Origin: the human T2T-CHM13v2.0 reference genome, Homo sapiens
Assembly (NCBI RefSeq): GCF_009914755.1
Contig: NC_060936.1
DNA length: 64,000 bases
Direction: 5' to 3' (one strand)
The notes beneath the pieces are model-generated. The model saw nothing but the letters and a program-made list of their open reading frames with translations. It was not told where the DNA came from and did no database searches. Positions 1 through 12,972 of this stretch are shown here, piece by piece; position 1 is the stretch's first letter, and every line of letters starts with the position of its first letter. The position numbers were made by a program, and so were the translations under genes.

Positions 1-103
1 ACCATGTTGGCCAGGCTGCCCTTGAACTACTGACTTAAGGTAATCCACCCGCCTCGGCCTCCCAAAATGCTGGGATTACACGCATGAGCCACTGCGTCCG
101 GCC
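1..103 (-). mobile_element. Alu (AluS-like) left arm, cut by the window edge
   Basis: Reverse-complement Alu 5' end: ...gcctcggcctcccaaaatgctgggattaca...gagccactgcgtccggcc. Confidence 0.95.
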
Positions 104-124
104 TATATGTATTTTTTTAAAGGA

Positions 125-531
125 TTTTAGCCAGATTTACAACACACAAATGTCTTTCTCAATGACCTGGGGCCCGTCCCTTTGAAATGTAATCATCAAG
201 AATGATGATGCCCCTATGTACTGTGAGAGAGTAGAAGCCTAACTTCCCTGGGTCTCAATTAGCAAACACAGATGGACAAATCACAGAAAAAAAAGTTCAA
301 GCCCAGAAATAAACTCTGTGCGGTTGACACAATCCATGACCAACCTCCGTCCTAGTGTCATCCCCTGGTACTTTTCTACTAGCTCACTGTTAAACCATCC
401 CCCACCTTCCCGCCTTTTGTTTCCACAGAGTTGAGTTCAAAATGCATTCTGGTCTCTCTTCTGTTTCAATCGTCCTGAATAAAGTCTTCCTTTCCTGTTT
501 AATCTTGTCTGGGGCAAGATTTGCTTTGATA
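125..531 (+). mobile_element. ERV1 solo LTR fragment, MER34-like
   Basis: 3' end gagttgagttcaa...gaataaagtcttcctttcctgtttaatcttgtctggggcaagatttgctttgata resembles the MER34-group LTR end; AATAAA at 478-483. Confidence 0.65.
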
Positions 532-864
532 GTATTGTATGGTTAATTCCAATATAATATGGATAAGAATATGTATGTAATTCTGATTATTTTAATAAAC
601 ATAAAAGTATAAAAAATAAATGAAAGATATTTATCTTTAAAATATCTACTCTGCCCTCCAAATCTCCTGACTTAAATTCTTACATCCTTTCCCACATATT
701 TCAATAAGCAATCACATTTTAAAAAATTAAGACAATGAAAAATAGAAGGGTATCCAGGGTTGAGGTGAGATGAAAGATACAAATCATTCTCTAAGGAAGG
801 AAGAGAATCAGGAGTATTTATTGGGCCATACTTTTAATGGTGAAAATGTCCTTCATAAGTGTCA

Positions 865-1960
865 TGGAGGTGGGAAAATGAAGATATTCTCAGATGGAAA
901 AAATAAGCAATTTCTTGCTAGCAAATCTATCCTCAAAAAATGGTTAAAGTGTGTTCTCAAAAGAAAAATGAAATGATATAACTTCAAAAAGAAATGAAGA
1001 ATATTTGAATTGTTTAAAAGTATGAAAATATAGACTATTTGCTTCTCATGAGTCTTAATCATATTTGATGACTGAAGAAAAGTTATAACATTATCTGATG
1101 TAGGGCTCAAGATATGAAGAGGAAATACTCAGGACAATTACACTTAAAAACAGGGAGGATAAAGGGACCAAAATGGAAGCAAGTCTTCTGTATTTTACTT
1201 CAAGGCTATGCAAAATGTCAACATGAGTTAACTGTGGTAAGTTATGTATATAACCAACAGAGCAACCACTGAGAAAGCTAAGCAAAGTGATATACTCAAA
1301 CACACTATAAATAAATCAAAATGGAATCTTAAAGAGTATTCAAATAATCCACCAAGTAATAGGACAAGAGAAACAGAGGAATGAGAATCACCAGATACGG
1401 AGAATGAATAATGCAATACCAGATTTTAAGCCCTAACATCAATATTAATAATTCAATAATACTTATAATTACCTTAAATATAAATGATGTATATACACCA
1501 ATTAAAATATAGATTATGTTTGTCTTTCTGTACCTGGTTTATCTCACTTGGCATACGCACATCACATGTTCTCTCTTATTTGTGGGATGTAAAAATCAAA
1601 ACAATTGAACTCATGGGCAAAGAGTAGAAGGATGGTTACCAGAGACTGGGTTGGGTACTGGGTGGCTGGTGGGTAGGCGAGGTTGGTTAATGAGTCCAAA
1701 AAAAAAAAAGAAGAAAGAATAAGACCTACTATTTGATAGTAAAATACGGTGACTATAGCCAATAATAAATTCATGGTACATTTTAAAATAACGTAAAGAG
1801 TGTAATTGTATTGTTTTTAACACAAGGATAAATGCTTGAAGGGATGGATTTTTAAAAAGCTTAAAATAACAATATTTTTCTGATTACATAAAAAAGACAG
1901 ATTAATGGTAGAGTGGATAAAGTGCTTTATCCAAAACTTACTTCTATAACTCACTTCAAA
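865..1960 (+). mobile_element. Old L1M fragment (ORF1 end, inter-ORF region, ORF2 start), interrupted at 1515-1890 by a younger L1MA
   Basis: ORF 770..976 contains KIFSDGKNKQFLASKSILKKWLKCVL, similar to the L1 ORF1p C-terminus; attaccttaaatataaatgatgtatatacaccaattaaa resembles the ORF2 N-terminus, which resumes at ~1892. Confidence 0.75.
1515..1890 (+). mobile_element. L1MA 3' fragment with 5' inversion (1515-1555 inverted)
   Basis: 1561-1848 matches the L1MA 3' end also present at 60549-61110; 1515-1555 is the reverse complement of the adjacent upstream L1 segment; degenerate TSD aaaatatagatta / aaaagacagatta. Confidence 0.8.
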
Positions 1961-1967
1961 AGGCACA

Positions 1968-2027
1968 TCATATATGTATGTGTGTGTATATATATGTATG
2001 TGTGTGTGTATATATACATAGATAGAC

Positions 2028-2073
<46 letters not shown>
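1968..2073. repeat. (TA/TG)n tract followed by GATA GACA (GATA)11 STR (2021-2072)
   Basis: Counted directly. Confidence 0.97.
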
Positions 2074-2342
2074 CATATATTAAATGCTGTATACATGGTC
2101 TGATGGCCCCAAACTCATTTTGCCCTACTAGGTGTGGAAGTCATTTTATGAGTCATTGAATATGTTCACTAAATGGCATTCAAATGAAACTTGGACCACA
2201 CCTTTCCAGAAGTTAAGTATTCCCTACATGTGTACAAGTTTACATCAATATTCTTTTCAAATTTAGTAGCCTCCTTCTTCTCTAAATGAGTGTACTTTAA
2301 TGTCTCCCAAAAACTAAACATGTCTCCTCCAATAAACCAGAA

Positions 2343-2543
2343 AGCTGGCAAACTTTTTACATAAATATACAGACAATAAAGGTTTTTGGCTTTGCAAGCT
2401 ATGTGGTACATCTGCCTGCGTAGCATGAAATGAGTCGTAGGTAATGTGTAAGCAAATATACATGATAACATTTTAATAAAACTTGTTTTATAAAACAGGC
2501 ATTGGACCAAATTTATTGCACAAGTTATAATTTGCCAATTCTG
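2343..2543 (+). mobile_element. MER58A-like hAT-Charlie MITE
   Basis: ctggcaaacttttt...ggctttgcaagc...caagttataatttgccaattctg; ~200 bp with degenerate terminal inverted repeats. Confidence 0.75.
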
Positions 2544-2914
2544 GGAAAGGAACGTAAAATTGAAGCTTAAATTTTTCTCTAAAAGAACCTAGAGACTTTG
2601 CCACGGGTGACTATTTTTTGGTATCACATTGCTCTGATTAATAGCTATTGCTTGGGAAAAAGAACATTTATTTAGGATATGTAAAATGGTGTCAGTACCT
2701 TACTCATTTCTAAGAAGTAAATGCCTTCCTTTCAGTTATGCTTAGTTTGAAATCTTCATGTGGCTTTCTCTCATGGTTAGAGCTATGAGATTTTTCTTAT
2801 TTGTATAGAGAATGCAATCTTGTGTCACAAGAGTGTATGCATTATTCAAATTTGCAAAATTTTTAGTCTCACTTGTATAAATGTTAAAAATGTAGAAAGT
2901 ATAAAATCTAAGCC

Positions 2915-3020
2915 TTTATTTTTATAGAAAATGAAAGTGAAACACAAATAGATTAAGTAATTTACAAATTAAGTTGCTCAATTTTTGTCAGAAGTATGGA
3001 ATGGCACTGAGTCCTGACCA
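2915..3020 (-). mobile_element. MIR fragment
   Basis: ttttatagaaaatgaaagtgaaacacaaatagattaagtaatttac is a degenerate reverse MIR core. Confidence 0.5.
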
Positions 3021-3049
3021 AAAAATAGTGATACTTCGAAATTTAAAAA

Positions 3050-4575
3050 TATACACTCATGCTCAAATAATAATTTTCAACAGATATGTGAAAGCCATTC
3101 AGTGAAACCATTTTCAATAAATGGTACTGGAGCAATTGGCCATCCATAAGTAGAAATAAATAAATGAATAAATAAATAAACTCATTTTAGATCACAGACA
3201 TAAATGTAAAATGTAAACCACAAAGTTTTTAGGGAAAAAAAAGAAGGAAATCCTTGAGATCTAGTGCTAGGCAGAGAGCTCTTATAGTTGACAACAAAAG
3301 AATAATCCATTAAAGGACAAACTGATAAGTAGGACTTCATCAAAATATAAAGGTTTTGCTTTGTAAAATATCCTGTGAAGAGGATGAGGAGGCAAGCTAT
3401 ACAGAAGAAGAAAATATTGCAAACCACATATCCAAAGACGAACTAGTATCTAGACTATGTAACGAACTGTCAAAGGCCAACAGTAAAAAAAAAACAAATA
3501 ATGCAACTAGAAAATGACAAAAGAAATAATATTTCACTGAACAGAATGTACAAATAGCAAGTAAGCACATGAAAATGTTCAACATCATTAGCCATTTGGA
3601 AAATGCAAATTAACACAAGAATCACCTCATGCCTATAGATCGACTAAAATTTTTCTTAAAAATAGCAATAACACAAAATGCTGGCAAGAATGTGGGTTGT
3701 AAAAGGGTAAAACTACTCTGGAAAAACGGTTTAAAAGCTTCTTATAAAACTGAAAGTGAGATTAAACAAAACATAAGATAAAAACTGATCAGAAGATAAA
3801 AACTAAACAAATTACCATAAGACCAAGAAATTGTACTCTTGGACATTTATCCCAAAGAAATGAAAAGTTATGTTACCCAAAAATTATATTCATCTGTACT
3901 TGAGTCTTCAGAGCAGCTTTCATTGTCATAGCCCAGAAATGGAAACAATCCAGATATCTTTCAATAGGTGATTATTTATACCATGGGATACTACTCACCA
4001 GTGAAAGGGAACCAACTATTGACTATTGATCAGCTATTGGAACATACTATAACTTGGATGAATCTCCAGGGAATTATGCCTAGTGAAAACAAAACAAAAC
4101 AAAAAGCCAATGCCAAAAGATTATATATAATATAACTCCATTTATTTAATATTCTTGAAGTGAAGAAGTTACAGAAGTGAAGCACAAATTAGTGGTTGCC
4201 AGGGTTCAGGGCTGGGGTTTCAGTGTGGGAAGGAAGCCAGGTAACAGGGCAACATAAAGTAGCCATGTGGTAATTGAATTATTATAAATTTTGTGTGTGG
4301 TGGTGGATGCACAAATAGACGCTTAAGCATTTTTATAGTATAAAATATAAATACACCTACATGCATACACATTGGTGAGTGCATGTAAAACTGGAGACAT
4401 TTAAATAATATCAGTGGATTGTATCAATGTCAATTTCTCACATGGGATATCATACTGTCGTTTTACAAGATAGTAACCATTGTGGGAAACTAGGCCAAGG
4501 ATTCATGGGATCTGTCTATGTTATTTCTAATAGCTGAATTACATCTATAATTATCCTTTTAAAACTAAAGAAAAA
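3050..4575 (+). mobile_element. L1MC-like LINE: ORF2 3' part and 3' UTR
   Basis: L1 ORF2-end motifs (ttcaataaatggtactgg, aaatgcaaatt, ggaaacaatccagatatc) and an L1MC-type end (tttacaagatagtaaccattgtgggaaactagg...catctataattatc). Confidence 0.85.
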
Positions 4576-6519
4576 TACATATGCATTTGTATGTTCTATT
4601 TTGTTGATTTCAATATTGATTTTTCCATTTTACGATATTGGAAATGAGGGTTTTTTTAACCAGTGACTCTCTGTCATTATTTGGTCCTATCTTTTAAAAT
4701 TACACATAAATTAAAGGTGTATTTATTATTTATGACATCTTAGACTCAGTAAAATTATAAAAATATTCTTTTAGAATGTAATTTTAAAATCATATATTCA
4801 ACAATACTATAGAAAATATCATCAATCACTCTTAAATCACCAGGGAGTCCATACATGTCTGTATTTTCAGATTTTCAATTAAAATTTTTAATCGTTAACA
4901 TTTTTCTGAAAGATGTTCACATCAGACCTACTGGATTTAAAGTAGACTAGGCAATAAAGTGAGCTTTCTCAATGCATTTCAATAAGTTCTGTATTTTTAT
5001 TTAACCTTCAGGAAGACAGTTGAAGCACTTGATTAATAAAAACCCACTTCTCCCATGTCAGGTAGCCTTTCTAGCTTTGAAGCCGACAAGAAAAAATGAT
5101 TTGAGCATAAGAACTCCTGAGAATTTTATCTATGAAGGCAGTGCTTCGGTTTTCAAAAGGTCAGGCAAGAACATTGTGTTTTATCCTTGTATTCCCAATC
5201 CCTATCACAGTGCCTTTTGAAAAAATGAACAAATATCTCAATGTAGGTGGAATATTCTATGCAAAACTCCAGATTATAGGGCTCATTTAGGACGACACAT
5301 TTCCAAATTTTCCAATGCATTCATTCAAGTGATATTCTGCAAAAGAACTAAGCATTGCATAGAGATTTTCTCACCGAGAGTGTCAATTTTATTTTACCAT
5401 CAATCTCATTGCTGTTTTTGATCCCTGTGTTGTGCAGAAGCAATTACAATTCTTTAGAAGTTCCAAAGTGATAATGTAATTATATGGAGATATGTTTTCA
5501 GAAAATCCTTTGTATTGGTCTCAATAAATTGTGGACAATATATTTCCACAATAATGCTCATCTATGTAAATTAAGATTTGACTAGATTAAAGTCCAAATT
5601 CCAAGGAAAGTCACACTTCTTGATACATGTATTTCTCTCTGGTTAAGAAGTTAACCAATCATTCACCCCTAGTTTCTACCAGTGCTGACTTTGGTGCAAT
5701 AGTGCTTTATTTACAAAGGAATGATAACAGTAGGTTTTTATGTGTCACTTTAATTCAAATTGAAACAACATTTTTTAGCAGACAATCTTGGTATTGAAAA
5801 TTGCATTATTAGTAGTTCCTTTTTCCTATTACAATATAAAACATTAAATCTTTTTTTAAATTTTTATTTCTGGAATTCTATGTGAAATTAATAGTGTTTT
5901 TTTATCAGTTTTTACATGTAACAGATAATATGCATGCCAAAGATTTCTTGAGAAAATGTACGTAAAATAACATCTTTTAGATATCTTATATTTCAGATAA
6001 AATTAAATAAAAAGACTTAAGACATAGCCCCAAATCTTTTACTCTTTCTACGGAATACTGATATGTTTAGTTGTGTGAGTTCCAAAATTCTCACTCTAAC
6101 TACCACCAACTATCATCCCAGTCTCTCCCATTCTCTTACTCTAACTGAAATGCATCTTTATCTTCTCTGAAATGTTCAATCTCTTCCTTTTCCCTACTTT
6201 ACTATTACATTATTCTTTCTTGAGCCTTTTTTTACAGTCTTACCTAATGTGAATCCCTACCATCAGTAATGCCGACCATGCCTTTTTATTCTCCTAAAAG
6301 TTTCTGTTTATTATAACCACCTCGGAAGCAAATCCCTTTCCTCTACCATAGTTTAAGACTAATTTTATAGTTGCAAAAGCAAAATTTTATCTTAAATCAT
6401 AGGTCCTTTACACAAAGAACATTGACTTACCAACTGTATGTTAAGTAAAAAAAAAAAAAAAGTATTAATGTCTTGCCTCCTATAATTTGGAAATCTGTAG
6501 TAAAGAAGTGGGAAGATTC

Positions 6520-7560
6520 CCCAGCAGGGGAACAGGAAATAATTACTTCTTTTGCTAACAGCAGAATAAATCCCAGCTGATAGTAGAGAAGGAAATGTCC
6601 TACAGATTGTGGGTAGTCTCTTGAGGAGCTGAATCTCCTTACCCAGTAGAGGCAGCTGAGATAGATTTTTATTATTATATTCAGTCTGGAGAAAAAGACA
6701 TTTCTCCAACAAACTGTGGGTATGAATATTGGTACATAAAGGAAAAAATAATTTCAGAGTTGTACCACCAATTCGTGCATGGATTAAGAGGTAGAAAAAA
6801 ACCTTTAGTACTGCAAATATTGATAGAAGAAGCAGACTGAGAACACTGCTCAACTCTCAAGAATGGCATATTCCCCAGTGTTCTTTTCAGATATGGGTAA
6901 GAAAAGTCCTCCCAGAGAGGAAACCCAAACCCCATAGAGAAACTACTCACAGAATTGAGGACTAATTCAGGAATATTTCCCTACCTTAAAGACAATATCC
7001 TTCACAACATTTGACTTACAGGACTTCAGAATAATTATGACCAGAGACTGCTATGTGCCTCACATCCCATTCTTTCTTTTTACATACTAGACACTAGTAT
7101 GCTTATTGCAGATAGTTATTACATACTTGCTTCCCATTTTCTCATTATATGTTGTGGAAGTAGAAGAAAAACATAACTTTGTCTTAGTTCACTGTCTCAA
7201 ATGTAAGAGAAGCCTACATCAATCTAAGGTAGAGATTATCATGACATCCTGCACATCGAGCCTAATACCATGATTGGATGAGATTTTGGGGTGTGTTCCT
7301 CAGGAAGGAGTGAGTAAATTTTGCATGCAAAAAAAGTAAATATTTTTGTACCAGAGAGAGGATTACCATGGTTTCTATTTTTTGTTTCTAACTATTTATT
7401 CTTCCTCCCTGTAAAAGGATTAAATATTCTTGCCAATTGCCATGTGTCCAGCAGTAACTTCTTGTGGGAAGAGTATACTTTCCCATCCTGTCGATGTTGT
7501 ATTTAGCCATCTGACTTCCTTTGGCCATGGCACAGAACATGATATTTTGTGTGCCAAATC
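6520..7560 (+). mobile_element. MaLR MLT1 internal 3' region followed by partial MLT1 LTR (from ~7366)
   Basis: MLT1-int end motif gagattttgggg...gagtgagtaaattttgcatg...ccagagagaggat, then LTR motif gccatctgacttcctttggcca. Confidence 0.6.
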
Positions 7561-8260
7561 CAAGTCAATTATACCCTATCATTACAAACATCTCATTGGA
7601 TACAAATTCAAACTATTCATTAAAATTAAATTACTGAAGTCTGCTTTTTATTTAAAGTCTTCAACCTTCAATTTAAGGCATATTCTAGAGAAATAAATTT
7701 TTACTACTGACTAGCAATTTCTTGGGGGAAGTTCAAAGTCCCTTTTGGTAACTGATGTAATACATCACAAACAATAACCTTCCTTTCATTATTTTAAGGT
7801 GCTCAATCCTAGGCTGCTGATAATATACAAAGAATGCAACCTATGGCAATTAGTTATACTACAAGGTATCACCATTTAACCTAAATTGGACATAAAATAG
7901 TGCTTGGCAATTTTCTGTAAAATTTTTTAATCATTTTGTGTTAACGTGTTTACCAAATTGTATACCATAGAACATTATTTCCATGTGATATTTCAGAGAC
8001 AGAAAAATCTGGGATCTAATAAATCAGGCAAATGTCACATATCTATATTCAAGAAAATATATAATATGTGATGATGTATTTCAAACACAGAGAAAAGCCT
8101 GGAGAGGAGAATGATAAACAAACACATACCACTACTACAAAGCTGTTACATCCTAGCATTGTGCCATATTTTATTTTATATATATAACAATATAGATATA
8201 ACTAAAGCCTCTCTGATAGGAAGGAATATTATCATGTTGAAACAAGCCTTATCCAAGGGG

Positions 8261-8588
8261 TAATTTTGTGCAGCTTTTTATACGCTATTCTATTTGCTGT
8301 GATTTCAGTTAAAATCATTAAGCATTTAATAAACACCTATTTTGTGCCAGGCTTTTTGTTGAAAAGATTGATTCAATGTTTAAAGAAATGTAAAATTAAG
8401 AGGAAAAACAAATAACTGAGAATTACTACATACAATTATACTTTAGGATACAGGGCAATGTTATTGAAGATCACAAAGCTAGTAAGGAATTTAGGTGAAG
8501 ACTAAATTAGTTCTGGCTCATAATCCAGCTTTCCTTCCTGAAAATCACAAGTGAAATGTAGTTTCATCAAAAAAGAAAAAAAAAATGC

Positions 8589-8621
<33 letters not shown>

Positions 8622-8961
8622 TGTATATACACACACACATATATATATACATACACATATACATATAATTGTAATATCTCCTGCTGAGATTCTGAAATTA
8701 AATATCTGATCTAGAGTTTCTGTAGATGGATAGCTTATAAATATCAAATGATCTGTATATAAATCTACACGGACTGTAACCTAAAGTATAAGCGTATTTA
8801 GTAATTCTCAGTTTTTTTCTCTTAATTTTACATTTCTTTAAACAATGAATCCATATTTTTAACAAAGAGCCTGACACAAAATAAGTGTTTATTAAATGCT
8901 TAATAATTTTAACTGAAATTCACAACAAGCAAAATAGTGTATAAAAAACTGCACAAAATTA
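8261..8961. repeat. Long inverted repeat: arms 8261-8453 and 8774-8961, 320-bp spacer
   Basis: Hand alignment gives ~19 substitutions and 2 indels over ~190 bp (~90% identity). Confidence 0.95.
8589..8666. repeat. (AT)13 plus mixed TA/CA microsatellite
   Basis: Seen directly. Confidence 0.95.
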
Positions 8962-9324
8962 AAATATTCTTAAAAATATAGAGAGTTACAATAATCTTCA
9001 TAATCTTAAAATAGATTATAATGGAACCTGAAATTATATTAAAACATTTCTAAAATAAATATTTTATTTTGGGGAAGTCAAACAGAAAGGGTTAAGCTTT
9101 GCCATTTTTTAAATTGCATTCTATTCTCTATATTTAGTGAGTTAAGAAAAGCCACACATTACAAACCTTTTTATATATAATGATCAAGTAGTAGATGGCC
9201 TTTTGCAGTTATTCCTGAAATACTCATTTACTATTTTACTACTCATTTTTTGCCAGTGTCGGCAACTGCATTCTAATTTATCTGTGCTTGACTGACTGTT
9301 TTGCATTGATAGCTAGATTAGAAG

Positions 9325-10214
9325 TGTTGGGGCTCAGAATATGATACCCCGTAATAAGGCATCTTGGTAACTGAGAAAACTGCAGAAGCAAGGATACTCT
9401 GACCTTACCCTGACTTTCTGTGGGACAGCTGAATATAGAATAATTGTCTGACTTATCTCTCCTGATAATAGGTAATAAGACTCTCATTTCAGAGGAGCCT
9501 GGCCCTATACCCAGAGGCCAAGAAGAATCTGAATAGACAGAACTTACTGCCCCACCCCCTGTGCTATGGTTTGAATTTGCCCCCCAAAACGTACGTGTTG
9601 GAAATTTAATTCCATGCAACAGTGTTGAGAGTTGGGATCATTAAGCAGTGATTAGTTTATGAAGGCTCTGCCCCCATGAATGGATTCATGCTTTATCCTG
9701 GGAATAGGTTAGTTCTTGTGGGAGTGGACGCCTAATGAAAAGGATGAGTTTGCCCCCCTTTCTCTCTCAAGAGTTTTCTCTTGCCCTTCTTTCTGCCATG
9801 GGGTGATGCAACACAAAGGCTCTTACCCGATTGTCAGTGCTATTTTCTTGGACTTCCCAACCTCCAGAATGGAAGAAATAAACCTCTCATCTTTATAAAT
9901 TAACCAGTCTGTGGTATCCTGATATAGCAACAAAAAAATGGATGAAGACACCCAGTATAATACCATTAGATTATACCAACTTTGTCCAGTCATACTTCTA
10001 TACAACTATCCAATTCTTCATCAAACCTAAGTATAAAAATATACAGTTTTTCCCATCTCTTTGGGTCTTCCTTTCTGAAGCCTCCTGTGTCACATAAAAC
10101 TTTGGTTAAATGAATCTGTAAAACTTTTGTCTTGTTTATCTGCCTTTTGTTATAAGAGTGTTAGCAATGACATTTGCAATGGATTAGGAAAGATTGTACT
10201 TCTTCTCTCCTACA
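9325..10214 (+). mobile_element. ERV1 solo LTR (MER31/MER67-like), split by an MST insertion
   Basis: Starts TGTTGGGGCTCAGAATATGATACCCC, ends ...ctcctaCA; flanked by gaag / gaaa. Confidence 0.75.
9562..9950 (+). mobile_element. MSTB-like MaLR solo LTR nested in the ERV1 LTR
   Basis: tgctatggtttgaat...ctttataaattaaccagtctgtggtat...tagcaaca...gaagaca; 5-bp TSD ccctg / cccag. Confidence 0.9.
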
Positions 10215-10538
10215 GAAAAACAATATTATTTTGAAGTAAGATATCTGAACTGATTTAATGAAGAAGAAGCAAACAAGCAAAATGGAAAAAAAAACAGCTC
10301 CATGCCACAAGGTAATGAAATTATACATGGATAAAATAGCTCTTTTAAATTGTTTTAACAGCACTATATTTTGTTAAAGAATATAGAATTTGTCAGTTTA
10401 CTTCTTACTTACAGTAAGAAAGATTATGATATCCCTCTAGCAGATTAAAAGAATGGAAACTGTTGCAATTAAACAGTAGCCAGATGTGAGGTCTTCTGTA
10501 TCTTGATCTTTGCCTCAGAATGAGACTTAAAGCCTTTT

Positions 10539-10760
10539 TTATAAATAGATTTAGGTGGTACTAGTTCAGTTTTCTTGCATGGATATATTGTGCAGTAGTA
10601 AAGTTGGAGCTTTTAGTGAAACCATCACCCAGATAGTGTACATGGTACTCAATAGGTAATTTCTCATCATTCACTCCCTCCCACTTTCTCATTCTTCCAG
10701 GTCTCCAGTATCTATTATTCTACTCTGTATGTCTATGTGTACATACTGTTTATCTCCCAT
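10539..10760 (-). mobile_element. 5'-truncated L1PB/L1MA 3' end
   Basis: Reverse L1 3' UTR; exact 13-bp TSD cttaaagcctttt at 10526 and 10761. Confidence 0.9.
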
Positions 10761-10944
10761 CTTAAAGCCTTTTAAAATATGAACTTACTTACCTTATTTT
10801 CTCCTCCTCCCTTAGTTATTGTATCACCTTGTTAAAAGAACTTTTGTAACAGTATTTTTCTTATTATTTAAGAAATAATGATTCATTATATCATAAGCAA
10901 AAAAGTGTAAAGTTTGGAGTTCACTTGTGACTTTGTGACATTTC

Positions 10945-11051
10945 CTGTCAAATTATAATGCTGAATATTATTTTTTTTTATTTTAGATGGGTTAATCCAT
11001 TTTAAAAAAATCATGCCCTGGAAGTGGAGAGGGTATTCTAAAGATATTTGC
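10945..11051 (+). repeat. Source copy of a ~105-bp dispersed direct duplication (other copy 14048-14150)
   Basis: ctgtcaaattataatgctgaat...gatatttgc occurs twice. Confidence 0.95.
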
Positions 11052-11279
11052 TAACATATAAGATCAATATCTGGGGTCAGAAAGATAAAAAAAACAAGTA
11101 ATAACTTATTGTATTGTAGCCATTTATATGTAGAAAAAAGTAAGTCAGAGTTGGAAAGCCTACTCGAAGTCAACAAAATAAATGTAAATTGAGCTTTATC
11201 ATGGACAATTATAAAGCCAAAATTTACAAAATCAAGTAAGTAGCTGCTTTATTTAATTACCACAGTCCTGGACCGCATA

Positions 11280-12972
11280 GTGTTGTCTGTGGAAACTTGA
11301 GGGTTTCTGAAACACTTTCAGGAGGTTATGAAGATAAAGATTATTTTTATAAGACCTTTTTTGCCTTCCTCTTATTCATGTGTTGAAATTACACTGATAA
11401 TAATGAGCATGAATCAAGGCAGTGGCACCAAACTATAGTGGGTTCTAATATTTACTATGCACTCACAGCTAAAAAAAAAATATCAGGTTCACTTAAGAAT
11501 GCCCTCCATGATGCAGTAAAAATTAGAAATTTATATTTAGCATTAACTCTTGAGTATGCATCCTTTTAACATTCAGCCTGATGCCGCTTCCTTATAATGA
11601 AAGTACAATGGTTGCCTCAAAGCAAAGTATTTTTGCCATTGTTTGAGTGGTGAGCTAAACTAGCAGCTTTCTTTTCATGGAAAAACATTTGCACTTGAAA
11701 AAGCAACTGACAAACTATGGTTATGCAGGCTTGCATATTTGGCAGATATTTTCTCAAAAATTAACAAAGTGAGTCTGTCACTTCCAGAAAAATAAATTAC
11801 GGTATTTGTTGCCAATGATAAAATTTAAGCTTTTGGGCAAAAATCATAATTTTAGAAAAATTGCATCCACCACTATATGTTTGATAGCTTTCCAACACAT
11901 ACTTTTCTGAGGATATTCATGGCAATATTACCAAGTATGATATTTTAATATTGTATTATAAAATGTGTCAAAATTTGGAAGATCTGCATAACAAATTGAA
12001 CCAGTATTTCCCATAGACTAATGTAAGTGCTACAAAATAATGCAGAAGTAAAAGATACATTCAAAGTATAACCGAGAATAATGGATTTTAATATACTGCA
12101 AAACATTGATTGATATAGTTTTAGACTCCACATTGCCATTATCATTTAAGAAACTACCACTTGTAAGTTTTGGTTTAGAATCAAAGAAAGATATCTACAA
12201 TTATCTAAATAGACCATGAAAAGGCTTTTCCCTTTTCTAACCATATGTGGGTATAAGGCTAGATTTTCTTCATATACTTTAGTCAAAGCAACATAGAGCA
12301 ATAGATTGAATGCAGAACCATATATGTGAATTCAGAGGGTCTTCAATTAAGCCAGCTATTAGATTTGCAAAAATGCAAAATAATGCCAATATTCTTACTG
12401 TTTTTTGTTTTGGACAAATATAGTCATATTTTGTAAAGCATGTTATTTATGTTAAATTCAATGGTTTATTATAGTTCCTCTTAAATGAGTTAATAAGTTT
12501 TTTTCATCTTCTTTCTTTTTTCTTTTTCTTTTTCCTTTTTTTTTTTTTTTCTGAAACAGTCTTCAGTTGCCCAGGCTAGAGTGCTGTGGCTCCATCTTGA
12601 CTCCCTGCAACCTCTGCCTCCAAGTTCAAGAAATTGTTGTGCCTCAGCCTCCCAAGGTGCTGGCAGGCACCACCATGCCTGGCTAATTTTTGTATTTTTA
12701 GCAAAGATGGGGTTTTGCCATGTTGGCCAGCCTGGTCTCGAACTCCTGGCCTCAACCAATCTGCCTACCTCAGCCTCTCAAAGTGCTGGTATTACAGGTG
12801 TGAGCCACCACTCCCTGCTGGTAGTTTTAAATTGCATTATTTCAATGTCTAATCTTAAACGATATAACTTATAAAAATAAAAGTTATTTGGGGTCTTCAA
12901 TAATAAACCCTTTTTCACTCTTATACTTTCAAGAGTACAAAGGGTTCTCCAGATAAAAACTTGGAAAATTAC
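11280..12972 (+). mobile_element. Charlie1-type hAT DNA transposon with degraded transposase, interrupted by an Alu
   Basis: cttgcatatttggcagatattttctcaaaaattaac encodes LAYLADIFSKIN, a hAT transposase-like motif; Charlie1-like ends. Confidence 0.85.
12499..12820 (-). mobile_element. Alu (AluJb/AluSz-like), near full length
   Basis: Poly-T-rich tail followed by reverse dimeric Alu, CpG-decayed. Confidence 0.95.

Noticed and set aside
6392-6853. Longest ORF in the window (153 aa, minus strand)
   Set aside because: Largely antisense to a degraded MLT1 internal region, runs through a poly-A tract, and has no recognisable domain
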